Origin: an uncultured delta proteobacterium
Lineage (GTDB): Bacteria; Myxococcota_A; Polyangia; Polyangiales; Polyangiaceae
DNA: 64,000 bases
Direction of reading: 5' to 3'
NCBI GenBank assembly: GCA_963806225.1
Contig: CAWDXG010000001.1
Location: forward strand, 896,001 to 960,000
Part shown: piece after piece, positions 22,812-31,218 of the stretch
How the letters are laid out: each line of letters opens with the position of its first letter
How positions within the stretch are numbered: position 1 is the first letter of the stretch
The notes under the pieces: generated by a model
The model's input: only the letters and a program-made list of their open reading frames with translations
Database searches by the model: none
What the model was told of the DNA's origin: nothing
Made by a program: the position numbers and the translations under genes

Positions 22812-23618
22812 ATGAGCACCGATGCTCGTGTCGCCGTCGTGACAGGCGCCAACGGCGCTATCGGGAAGGCCATCGCCGAGGGGCTCGCCCGGAGCGGTTT
22901 CGAGGTCGTGCTCGGTTGCCGCAACCAGGCGGCGGGCGAAAAGGCAGCCGAGGCCATCCGACGCAGCACCGGTAGCGCCGCTGTGCGACTCGAGAGCGTC
23001 GACGTGTCCCGCCGCGCTTCGGTCGAAGCCTTGAGAGCGCGCTGGCGGGGCCGGCTCGACGTGCTCGTCAACAATGCGGCTATCGCTCCGCGGCGTCGCG
23101 AAGAGACGCCGGAGGGGCTCGAACGCCAGCTGGCTACGAACGTGCTCGGCTATCTATGGATGAGCGAGGCGTTCAGCGACGTGCTTGCCCGGAGCCCCGG
23201 ACGCATCGTCAACGTGGCCAGCTACTGGGCCGGCGGCCTCGAGCTCGACGACCTGGAATTCGAGCGCCGTCGCTACGACAACGACGAAGCCTATCGCCAG
23301 TCCAAGCAGGCCGACCGCATGCTCACCGTCGCGCTGGCGGAACGCTTCCGCCCACAAGGCATCGCAGTCAACGCCTGCCATCCCGGGGACGTGCGCTCCG
23401 CGCTCTCGGAGGACCTCGGCTTCGGCGGGCACCAGACTCCGGAGTCCGGCGCGGAGACGCCGCTGGTCCTGGCGATCGAGACCGCCGGCGCCGAGCACAC
23501 CGGCTGCTACTTCGCGAACCGCCGCCCGGAACGCTGTCGCTTTGGCGAGGACCGCGCCGCCGTCGCAGCCCTGTACGAGAGGCTCTCCGCCTACTCTTCG
23601 CCGACCCAGCGCCGGTAG
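22812..23618 (+). CDS. Short-chain dehydrogenase/reductase
   Basis: TGANGAIG, NNA, YRQSK. Confidence 0.9.
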   Translation: MSTDARVAVVTGANGAIGKAIAEGLARSGFEVVLGCRNQAAGEKAAEAIRRSTGSAAVRLESVDVSRRASVEALRARWRGRLDVLVNNAAIAPRRREETPEGLERQLATNVLGYLWMSEAFSDVLARSPGRIVNVASYWAGGLELDDLEFERRRYDNDEAYRQSKQADRMLTVALAERFRPQGIAVNACHPGDVRSALSEDLGFGGHQTPESGAETPLVLAIETAGAEHTGCYFANRRPERCRFGEDRAAVAALYERLSAYSSPTQRR

Positions 23619-24328
23619 AAGGGCGGCGGAAAGAACGCCAGCCCCACGCCGACGGCCGACACCAAGGCCAGGAGTGACACGCTGCCTAGCGCCCAGCCGT
23701 GGGCCTGGAGCCCCGTGCCGAAAATGGAGCGGTGCGCCACGCTGATCGCGTAGCCGCTGGCTGTGGACAGGGTGGCCATGCCCCACAGTGCGATGCGGTG
23801 GACGACGGCGAGCTCGGCGAGGCCGAGCTCGAGCCGCCGGCGGAGCATCGCGTGGTAGCGGAAGCACTCGTACGACAGCCACGCCGGGCCGAGGCCGCGC
23901 GCCGCGAGGCCGAGCGGGACGATCGGGCCCGAGATGGGACTTCCGTCGGCGTAGTGCAGGAACTGGCCCGAACCGATCTCCGCGAGCAGCGCGCCGAGCA
24001 TCAGAGCGAGCACAACACCGGCGAGCCCCTTCGCCCAGCTCTCTCGCGGGTGGAACACGCGCCAGGCAAACACGACGAGGGCGCCGCAACCGATGTACTC
24101 CGCGCACAGCGCTGAAACGGCTAGCGGGTGCGGCGCGCCTGCACCTACCGCAGACAGCCGCGCCGTCATACCGAGGGCGAAACCAAGGACGCCGATGCAC
24201 CACAGTGCGATGGTGAGCAGGAGCTCCGGCAGCTGATGCGTGCGCCGCCACAAGAGCAGCAGCCGCGTGCCGACTGCGGCCGACGTCAGCATGAACACGC
24301 CGACGCCCAGGATGCTCAGGGCCTTCAC
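23591..24328 (-). CDS. Hypothetical ~7-TM membrane protein
   Basis: GTG at 24328 overlapping the upstream stop; 245 aa with about seven hydrophobic helices. Confidence 0.7.
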   Translation of the reverse strand: MKALSILGVGVFMLTSAAVGTRLLLLWRRTHQLPELLLTIALWCIGVLGFALGMTARLSAVGAGAPHPLAVSALCAEYIGCGALVVFAWRVFHPRESWAKGLAGVVLALMLGALLAEIGSGQFLHYADGSPISGPIVPLGLAARGLGPAWLSYECFRYHAMLRRRLELGLAELAVVHRIALWGMATLSTASGYAISVAHRSIFGTGLQAHGWALGSVSLLALVSAVGVGLAFFPPPFYRRWVGEE

Positions 24329-24660
24329 TTCTTCTTCTCCGGTGGCGGGTGGCCGCCCAGGCGCTCGAAGACGTCGTAGGCCGACTCGGCGGACTCGAGC
24401 CGGTGTTCTGCGGCCGCGCGCGCAAGGGCGGGGGCGAGCTCGGTCGACAGGCTGTCCGCGTCGTCGATGCCGCGCACCTTCAGCGCTGCAGGCATGAGCC
24501 GGCGGATGACGACGTCCATCTGTGCGGCGGTCACGCTTCCTGGCTCGAGACCCGCCTGCTTCAAGAGGAGGCGGACCGTGCCGCGCGCTTCGAGCCGGCT
24601 GAGCGGCGTCCGGCGCTGCAGTTCCGAGCTGACCCATTCGAAGACAGGGGAAACCGCCAT
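24325..24660 (-). CDS. Small hypothetical helical protein
   Basis: 111 aa (MAVSPVFEWVSSEL..EARGTVRLLLKQAGL); coupled to the downstream membrane gene. Confidence 0.7.
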   Translation of the reverse strand: MAVSPVFEWVSSELQRRTPLSRLEARGTVRLLLKQAGLEPGSVTAAQMDVVIRRLMPAALKVRGIDDADSLSTELAPALARAAAEHRLESAESAYDVFERLGGHPPPEKKK

Positions 24661-24721
24661 GAAAGTCGGGCGCTTGCGGCGCCGCCCGGGAGGATAGCGG
24701 AAGGCCTCCCACAATCATAGG

Positions 24722-24761
24722 TTGACAGATCGTCAGGAAACTATTATCTGACGAATCGTCA
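24722..24761 (+). promoter_or_regulatory. Promoter with twin palindromic operators (probable TetR sites)
   Basis: TTGACA at 24722-24727; TGAC-AGATC-GTCA (24723-24735) and TGAC-GAATC-GTCA (24749-24761) directly before the TetR ATG. Confidence 0.75.
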
Positions 24762-24765
24762 AACG

Positions 24766-25368
24766 ATGGCCCGCCTTCCTGAACCGGAAAAACGCCGCGA
24801 TCTGGCCCGCAGGGCCGTGGCGGTTCTGCAGCGCGAGGGGCTGGAGGTCTCGATGAGCCGGCTGGCGCAGGCGCTGGAGGTCAAGCGGCCGACGCTGCTC
24901 TACCACTTCCCATCGCGCAGCCATATCGTGGAGATTGCGCTCGAGGATCTGCTCAGTGAGCAGGCCGGGTTTGTATTGAAGCGCATCGCCGAGCACACGC
25001 ACCCGATCGACCAACTGTACGCGCAGCTCTGCGCCGTGCACGAGTTCCACCGCGGGCGAGAGGGGCGCGTGGTGTTCCTGAGCCAGGCGATTGCCACCAG
25101 CGCTGGCACGCGCATGGAGGCGATCATCAACGTCGGCAACCGCGTGTTCGAGCCGTATCGCCGCGCCGCGGCCGACAGGATCCGGCAGGGGATCCGCGAC
25201 GGTATCGTCAAGCCCTGCGACCCGGACGCACTGATCGCGCTCATCCGCGCAGTGACGGACGGTTTGATGGTCCAGCGCGTGATGACGGGACTCGAGCTCG
25301 AGCCCGTCCACGAGCTGCTCTGGACGGGGCTTCTCGCCCCGTTGAAGAAGGAACCGGAGGCATCATGA
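24766..25368 (+). CDS. TetR/AcrR family transcriptional regulator
   Basis: N-terminal HTH SMSRLAQALEVKRPTLLYHFPS; 200 aa. Confidence 0.92.
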   Translation: MARLPEPEKRRDLARRAVAVLQREGLEVSMSRLAQALEVKRPTLLYHFPSRSHIVEIALEDLLSEQAGFVLKRIAEHTHPIDQLYAQLCAVHEFHRGREGRVVFLSQAIATSAGTRMEAIINVGNRVFEPYRRAAADRIRQGIRDGIVKPCDPDALIALIRAVTDGLMVQRVMTGLELEPVHELLWTGLLAPLKKEPEAS

Positions 25369-26786
25369 ACACTGCACTTCCCGAAAAGGGTCGGAGTCGC
25401 GACGAGGTTCTCGCCGCGCTCACCGACCAGCGAGCCCAGGATCTGGAGAGCAACGGCAGCGCCTTCGCGTTCGTGTACGACGCTGGCGAGCCGCTGAGAG
25501 CGCTGGCCCGCGAGGCCTTCGCCGCGTGCATGCCGATCAACGGTCTCGACCCCACCGTGTATCCGTCGGCGCGTCGCATCGAGACCAACGTCGTGCATGC
25601 GGCGCTGGAGCTGCTCAACGCTCCGGAGGGCGCCTGCGGAACCGCGACCGCAGGTGGCACCGAAAGCGTGATGCTCGCCGTGAAGAGCGCCCGCGACTTC
25701 ATGAAAGGGCGCACGAAGACTCCGAAGATGCTCCTGCCGGAGACCGCGCATGCCTGTTTCCACAAGGCCGCGCACTATCTCGGCGTCGAGGTCGTGGTGG
25801 TCGGCGTGGACCCGGTGACGTTCCGGGCAAACGTCGACGACGCACGAGCCAAGATGAGCGATGACGTGATCCTCGTGGTGGGTTCGGCGCCGAGCTACGC
25901 GCACGGCGTCATCGACCCCATCGAGGAGCTGGCCCGGCTTGCGAAGGAGCACGATGTGCTGATGCACGTCGATGCCTGCGTCGGCGGGTTCGTGCTGCCC
26001 TTCATGCGCGAGAACGGCGTGAAGCTACCGCCTTTCGATTTCGCCGTCGACGGCGTGACGAGCATCTCGGCGGACGTGCACAAGTACGGCTTCGCGCCGA
26101 AGGGGATATCCGTGCTCCTGCAGCGGCGCCGCGAGCTGCGCGACGCGCAGTACTACGCCTGCGCGAACTGGAGCGGCTACGCCATCGTCAACTCCACCAC
26201 ACTCGGCTCCAAGTCCGTCGCCGCCATGGGCGCGGCGTTCGCCGTGATGGGCGCGCTGGGCCACGAGGGCTATCGCGAACGGGCGAAAGCGATGTGGGAC
26301 GCCACAGGCAAGCTCGTGACAACTATCGACGAGCTGGACGGCGTCCACATGGTCGGTCGCCCCGATATGAACCTGTTCGCCTTCACCACCGACGAGGGCG
26401 ACGTGTTCGAGCTTGCCGATCGTCTGACCGAGCGCGGTTGGCACGTACAGCCCACCTACGCCTATGGTCGATCGCCCGCGCACATCCACCTGACGCTGGA
26501 TCCGGGCAACGCGGCGCGGGTCGATGCGTTCATCGAGGATCTGCGCGCGAGCGTCGTCGAGCTGCCGCCCACCCAGGCGCCGCCGGAGGGCGTGGTCGCG
26601 ATGCTGGAACAGATCGGCGCTGGTGGCGCCGGGGGTATCGATCCCGGCGCGCTGATGGCCGAGCTCGGCATCACCGACGGTCAGCTGCCCGAGAGGTCCG
26701 GCATGATCCACCGCCTCATCAATGCCGCGTCCCCCGGTGCGCGGGAGCAGCTCTTGATTCTCTTCATCGGGGAGCTGTTCGCATGA
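25365..26786 (+). CDS. PLP-dependent fold-type I enzyme, sphingosine-1-phosphate lyase/decarboxylase-like
   Basis: GGTES, AHACFHKAA, SAPSYAHGVIDPI, HVDACVGGF, SISADVHKYGFAPKG. Confidence 0.85.
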   Translation: MNTALPEKGRSRDEVLAALTDQRAQDLESNGSAFAFVYDAGEPLRALAREAFAACMPINGLDPTVYPSARRIETNVVHAALELLNAPEGACGTATAGGTESVMLAVKSARDFMKGRTKTPKMLLPETAHACFHKAAHYLGVEVVVVGVDPVTFRANVDDARAKMSDDVILVVGSAPSYAHGVIDPIEELARLAKEHDVLMHVDACVGGFVLPFMRENGVKLPPFDFAVDGVTSISADVHKYGFAPKGISVLLQRRRELRDAQYYACANWSGYAIVNSTTLGSKSVAAMGAAFAVMGALGHEGYRERAKAMWDATGKLVTTIDELDGVHMVGRPDMNLFAFTTDEGDVFELADRLTERGWHVQPTYAYGRSPAHIHLTLDPGNAARVDAFIEDLRASVVELPPTQAPPEGVVAMLEQIGAGGAGGIDPGALMAELGITDGQLPERSGMIHRLINAASPGAREQLLILFIGELFA

Positions 26787-28366
26787 GGCGCATCGAGCTG
26801 GGACGGGGAGGACAGCCGCTCCGCATCGCGTACGGCCGCATCTTCCACGAAGCCAACGCCTTCTCGCCGCTCCGCACGGAGCGCGCCGACTTCGAGCGTC
26901 TGCATCACCTGGAGGGCGAAGCCCTCGCCCAGGCCTGCACGCTGCGCGGCGTGGAGCTCATGAGCTTCATGCCGCATGCAGAGCTCACCGGCTTCGTGCA
27001 GGCGGCGCGCCTCGCCGGCGGCGTGGAGACCGTGCCCCTCACGTCATCGCTGGCCGTGCCGAGCGGGCCGCTCACGCGCGAGTGCTTCGATTCCATACTG
27101 GACGGGCTCATCGGTCGGCTTTCGCAAGCCGGGAAGCTCGACGGCGTGTACCTGGCGCTGCACGGCTCGATGCAGGTCGACGACCTTCCGGAAGCGCCGG
27201 AAGCGGCGATCCTGCGCCGCGTGCGCGAGGTCGTCGGCGGCGGCGTCAAGGTCGCTGCGAGCTACGACCTGCACGCCAACCTCTCGCCCGGAATGGTCGG
27301 CGCGACGGACATCATGCAGGCGTATCGCACGAACCCGCACTGGGACCTGGCTCCGACGGGCTTCCGCGCGGGCAATCGCTTGATCCGCGCGCTGCGCGGG
27401 CAGGTGCGGCCCGTGCACGCCTGGCGCAAGCTGCCGATGGTGCTCGGCGGCGGCATCACCATCGATTTCTTCGCGCCCATGCGCGCCATCTTCCGCTGGA
27501 TGAAGCGCATCGAGCGCGATCCGCGCGTCTTGAACGTCAGCCTGTTCATGGTCCACCCCTACACGGCCGCCGAGGATCTCGGCTGGGCCGTGCACGTCTG
27601 CACAGATGGCGATCAGGCGCTCGCCGAGAGTCTGGCGACAGAGCTCGCCGATCGGGCCTGGGCCGAGCGCAAGGCAGCCCTACCTCCAATGCGGCAGGTG
27701 GACGAGGCGCTCGACGAGGTGCGCTCGTCGCTCTGGCGCCGGCTGGGTCCGGTGACGCTCGTCGACGTGGACGATATCGTCGGCGCCGGCGCACCCGGGG
27801 GGAACACCCACTTCGTCCAGGCGCTGGTGCGCGACGACCGCGGTCTCCGCGCCTTCGTGCCGGTGCACGACCCGGCGCTGGTCGACGAGGCCTGGGACGC
27901 TCCGATCGGGGCGCGCCGCTCGCTCGTGCTCTCGGGCACGCCCGGCTACGACCAGCCCGAGGTGTCACTCGACGCGACCATCGCAGCGCGCGCCGAGACC
28001 GAGTTCGGCCGCACGTTGCGCCTCGACGTGGGCTCGTTCCACGTGGCGGTGACCGAGCGGCCTCCGCTGCCGATCCACCCGCGTTTCTGGGCGGACCTGG
28101 GACTCTCGGCGCGCGACGCAGACCTGATCGTGCAGAAGAACTTCTTCCACTACCGGATGTTCTACGCCACGACGTCGTTCCGGCACCTGCCGGTCGTCAG
28201 CGCCGGGGCGACCAGCCTCGAGCGCGTGCGCACGCGCAGCTACCGCGTGCCGACTTTCCCGGGAGTCGACGTGGCCGACTGGCGCGAGCACGATCCGGAG
28301 CTCCGGCGCGGCGGCTTCGCCACCGGGTCCAAAAACGCCGCACGGGCGACGGCCGCGGGAGGCTAG
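26783..28366 (+). CDS. M81 (MlrC-like) metallopeptidase
   Basis: FHEANAFSP, YLALHGSM, DLHANL, YRTNPH, GAGAPG; ATGA overlap with the upstream gene. Confidence 0.88.
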   Translation: MRRIELGRGGQPLRIAYGRIFHEANAFSPLRTERADFERLHHLEGEALAQACTLRGVELMSFMPHAELTGFVQAARLAGGVETVPLTSSLAVPSGPLTRECFDSILDGLIGRLSQAGKLDGVYLALHGSMQVDDLPEAPEAAILRRVREVVGGGVKVAASYDLHANLSPGMVGATDIMQAYRTNPHWDLAPTGFRAGNRLIRALRGQVRPVHAWRKLPMVLGGGITIDFFAPMRAIFRWMKRIERDPRVLNVSLFMVHPYTAAEDLGWAVHVCTDGDQALAESLATELADRAWAERKAALPPMRQVDEALDEVRSSLWRRLGPVTLVDVDDIVGAGAPGGNTHFVQALVRDDRGLRAFVPVHDPALVDEAWDAPIGARRSLVLSGTPGYDQPEVSLDATIAARAETEFGRTLRLDVGSFHVAVTERPPLPIHPRFWADLGLSARDADLIVQKNFFHYRMFYATTSFRHLPVVSAGATSLERVRTRSYRVPTFPGVDVADWREHDPELRRGGFATGSKNAARATAAGG

Positions 28367-28881
28367 GGGATCGCGTCGAGACAGGCGGAGATCTGGTCGC
28401 AGGGCTTCGACAGGCAATCGGCTACCTGCTGCCGCCCGGATGCGGTCATCAAGGCCACGCTGCCGCAGATGTCGTCGACGAAGCTGTTCTGGCACTCGTT
28501 GTAGCGGTTCTCGCAGCTCTGCCGGTCCGCATCCTGCTGCCAGTCCGGCGCGACCTGGTTGGCCGCGGTGAGCGTGCAATCGTCCGTGTTCGTCGAGCAG
28601 TCGGCTTTGTCCACACAGGTCGCGTAGGCCTGGAGGAAGTCCTGCCGGTATTTGGCGGGAGCACCGAGCTGCTGCAGGCAATCGGTGTTGCAGGTTGGAG
28701 CGGCCGTCCCGCACTGCGTCTGGTGATTGCATATCGCTGTGCACAGGCTCTGCGCGTCCGCCGCGGTGCCTGCGGCGCCCCCGCCGCCGATGGTCCCGGA
28801 TTGGCCGCTGCCTCCACTGCTACAGCCGACGACCAGCGCGGCGATCAGTGCACCCACAACCCGCGTTGCGCCTCCAGCCAT
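28363..28881 (-). CDS. Cys-rich lipoprotein
   Basis: Lipobox LVVGC, Gly-rich linker, about 12 regularly spaced Cys. Confidence 0.75.
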   Translation of the reverse strand: MAGGATRVVGALIAALVVGCSSGGSGQSGTIGGGGAAGTAADAQSLCTAICNHQTQCGTAAPTCNTDCLQQLGAPAKYRQDFLQAYATCVDKADCSTNTDDCTLTAANQVAPDWQQDADRQSCENRYNECQNSFVDDICGSVALMTASGRQQVADCLSKPCDQISACLDAIP

Positions 28882-28924
28882 ACAGGCACGATAGCGCCGC
28901 GGTCGGGCGCCTGGCTAGTGCTAC

Positions 28925-29515
28925 CTAGTCGACGCACAGGTACTGCACGGCGCGCAGCGGACCGGCGGGCGTCGGCTTTTCCACGATGATGCCGCTGCAG
29001 CCGAAGGTCACGTAGTGCCTGGAGCAGTGGCCGTGGAACCTGGCGTTCACCTGCGGACATTCCCTGGACTGGTCCCGGGCGTGCGCCGGATCCGCCAGGC
29101 ATTCCGCGACGCAGTCGCGCGGGCTCTCGCAGGGCTTGCCCGCGTCCGGCGTGCGGCACAGGCAGCCCGCTATACCCGCGAGCCCATGTCGCCCCCAGTC
29201 GCCTTTGCAGCGCGCACATTCGGCCGGGGTCTTCGCCTGCACGGTGTTCTGCGATCCGCGCCTCACCACGTCCGAACCCCGGAGCTGCTCGCAGTGCCCC
29301 GCGTCGTGCGCCGCGGCCGCTTCCGGCTTGCGCGCCGGCAGCGCCGACGACGACGAGGTGGAAGCCACCGGTGCTGCGGGCGGCGGTGTCGCGACGCTGA
29401 CGACCGGCGCGCTGGCGCGGTCGGCGGGGGGCGGGCTCCCGGGGTGACTCGGAGTGCAGGCGAAGAGCAGGGCTGCTGTCGCCAGCTCCGCAAGGACGAG
29501 ACGTCGTCGTGCCAC
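28925..29515 (-). CDS. Cys-rich lipoprotein
   Basis: Lipobox LLFAC, Pro/Ala linker, Cys-rich domain (ECARCKGDW..GCLCRTPDAGKPC..DCVAEC). Confidence 0.7.
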   Translation of the reverse strand: MARRRLVLAELATAALLFACTPSHPGSPPPADRASAPVVSVATPPPAAPVASTSSSSALPARKPEAAAAHDAGHCEQLRGSDVVRRGSQNTVQAKTPAECARCKGDWGRHGLAGIAGCLCRTPDAGKPCESPRDCVAECLADPAHARDQSRECPQVNARFHGHCSRHYVTFGCSGIIVEKPTPAGPLRAVQYLCVD

Positions 29516-29537
29516 GAGCCCAGCCTAGCACCGCGCG

Positions 29538-31007
29538 CTAGCGCGACGCGAAGTAGATACCGCTGCCGTACACGCCGCCGAGCTCGGCGGCGACGTACTG
29601 CTTCCCATCCGGCGCCACGTAGAAGGACAGTCCCTGGGTGCCGCCGTAGAACGTGAACGCCGTGCTCGCCGTCAGCGGCAGCATCTTCGGGGAGACCAGC
29701 TTGTCGTTCTCGATGTCCGCGTAGTAGAGGCGCAGGTTCGGTGTGGGATCGGTCGTGAACGAGCGCTGGAACACTGCGTGCAGCCGCCCCATGCAGTCGA
29801 TCGAGAGCGCGACGGAGTGCCCGACCGAGTCGTTCGGGTAGCCGGAGGGCGGCTTCGAGAGCGTGACCGACGAGAACCCACTCGATGTGCGACGGGCCAG
29901 CTGCAGGCTCTTCGTCGCGCGGAGGTAGTACGCGATCACGGGCTTTCCCGCGTCGAGCACAATCGAAACCGTGTCGCCCGTGTCGGACGAGGAGCCCCAG
30001 GTATCGTTTGCCACCTTTTCGGTCTTCCAGCCGTTCGACGTGCGCGTCGCGTAGTGCACGGTGCGCGTCTTGTTCGATTCGAGCGTCACATAGGCGACGT
30101 GCGGAACGCCGCTCGAATCGAGCACCATCGACGTGGAGCCGAGCTCCCAGGCGGAGTCGATGGTCTCGGGTGTTCCGGCGGTGCTGTTCACCTCCACCCA
30201 GTGCAGCGTGCCGCCCTCCCCGTAGATCACCTGCTGGACGCCGCCCGATGCCGCAATGGCCACGCCGTTGCCGGCTTTCGGTGCGATCGTGCGATCGGAG
30301 AGCGACTTGCACTGCAGGTGCAGCGTGCCGTCGTAGTCGTAGGTGTACGCGACGCAGGGGTCGGCTCCGTGCGTCGTCGAAAGCGAGCGCGCGATGGACA
30401 GGCCGATGCCGCCGTTGGCGACCCCGTGCGCCGACCAGCTCTTCGCCCCGTCGTGATCCAGGCGTTCGAGATCCGCCGAGTAGAAGCTACCGTTCTGGAA
30501 GAGCTGCGAGGTGAACACGCTCGCGGGCCCGCTCGACGGCACCTGCAGCACCGTGCGGTGCCGCGTCGTGTTCGAGCCTGGCCCGGGCGGACCGTCGAAC
30601 TGGAACGCGCCGGTCGGCACCGGGCAGGTGTCCGTGGGCGAGCCGCCCGCGCCCGAGATGCCGCCTGCACCTGCCGCGCCCGCGCTTCCGCCGGCACCTG
30701 CTATGCCACCATCGCTGCCTGCGGAACCGGCATTGCCGGCTGCGCCCGAGCTGCCGGCGGCGCCTCCGGCACCCGCGCTCGCATCGCTGCCGCCCGCGTC
30801 GGCGAGGCCCGCGTCATTGCCGGCGCTGCCACCCGTTCCCGCGTCATTGCCGGCGCTGCCACCCGTTCCCGCGGTGCCGGCGTCGCTGCCCGCCGTACCC
30901 GCGCTGCCCGCGGCGCCCCCCGAGCCTCCGTTCGAATCCGTGCCGGACGAGCTGCCGCAGGCTGCCGCGAAACCGATCAGGACGACCCAGAAGAATCGAC
31001 TTGTCAC
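29538..31007 (-). CDS. Secreted lipoprotein with Gly/Ala-rich linker and repeated beta-rich (propeller-like) domain
   Basis: GTG 31007, lipobox FAAAC; repeats such as SMVLDSSGVPHVAY, SIVLDAGKPVIAYY, SIDCMGRLHAVF. Confidence 0.75.
   Translation of the reverse strand: MTSRFFWVVLIGFAAACGSSSGTDSNGGSGGAAGSAGTAGSDAGTAGTGGSAGNDAGTGGSAGNDAGLADAGGSDASAGAGGAAGSSGAAGNAGSAGSDGGIAGAGGSAGAAGAGGISGAGGSPTDTCPVPTGAFQFDGPPGPGSNTTRHRTVLQVPSSGPASVFTSQLFQNGSFYSADLERLDHDGAKSWSAHGVANGGIGLSIARSLSTTHGADPCVAYTYDYDGTLHLQCKSLSDRTIAPKAGNGVAIAASGGVQQVIYGEGGTLHWVEVNSTAGTPETIDSAWELGSTSMVLDSSGVPHVAYVTLESNKTRTVHYATRTSNGWKTEKVANDTWGSSSDTGDTVSIVLDAGKPVIAYYLRATKSLQLARRTSSGFSSVTLSKPPSGYPNDSVGHSVALSIDCMGRLHAVFQRSFTTDPTPNLRLYYADIENDKLVSPKMLPLTASTAFTFYGGTQGLSFYVAPDGKQYVAAELGGVYGSGIYFASR
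30811..30870. repeat. Perfect 30-bp tandem duplication within a coding linker
   Basis: gcgtcattgccggcgctgccacccgttccc x2, encoding GTGGSAGNDA twice. Confidence 0.9.
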
Positions 31008-31175
31008 ACTCGCCTCACAAGATTTCGATGGCGCGCGCGGGAGCCGCGTGCGCGGCACAGTGTACGGAAGCGCGGGGTCGCCGCTTCCCCTCGCCGCCCG
31101 GGGGCTGCGGGGACGGGCGGGGCGCGCCTGCTCTGGTACCTGGTTGGGTGCGCCCCCAGCCCCGAGCGGCCCAGG

Positions 31176-31217
31176 AACGTAGCAAAATGTCACAAATATG
31201 TGGCATTTTGCTACGTT
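31176..31217. other. AT-rich 19-bp inverted repeat (hairpin or operator) directly after the fdh stop
   Basis: AACGTAGCAAAATGTCACA-AATA-TGTGGCATTTTGCTACGTT, one mismatch. Confidence 0.85.
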
Positions 31218-31218
31218 T

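Noticed and set aside
30600..30960. Repetitive GC-rich tract as a possible CRISPR array or VNTR element
   Set aside because: It encodes a Gly/Ala/Ser linker; there is no repeat-spacer structure and no cas genes.
22640..31218. The block splitting fdhA from fdhB as a mobile element
   Set aside because: No integrase, transposase, tRNA or flanking direct repeats were seen; it is reported only as a gene-order interruption.
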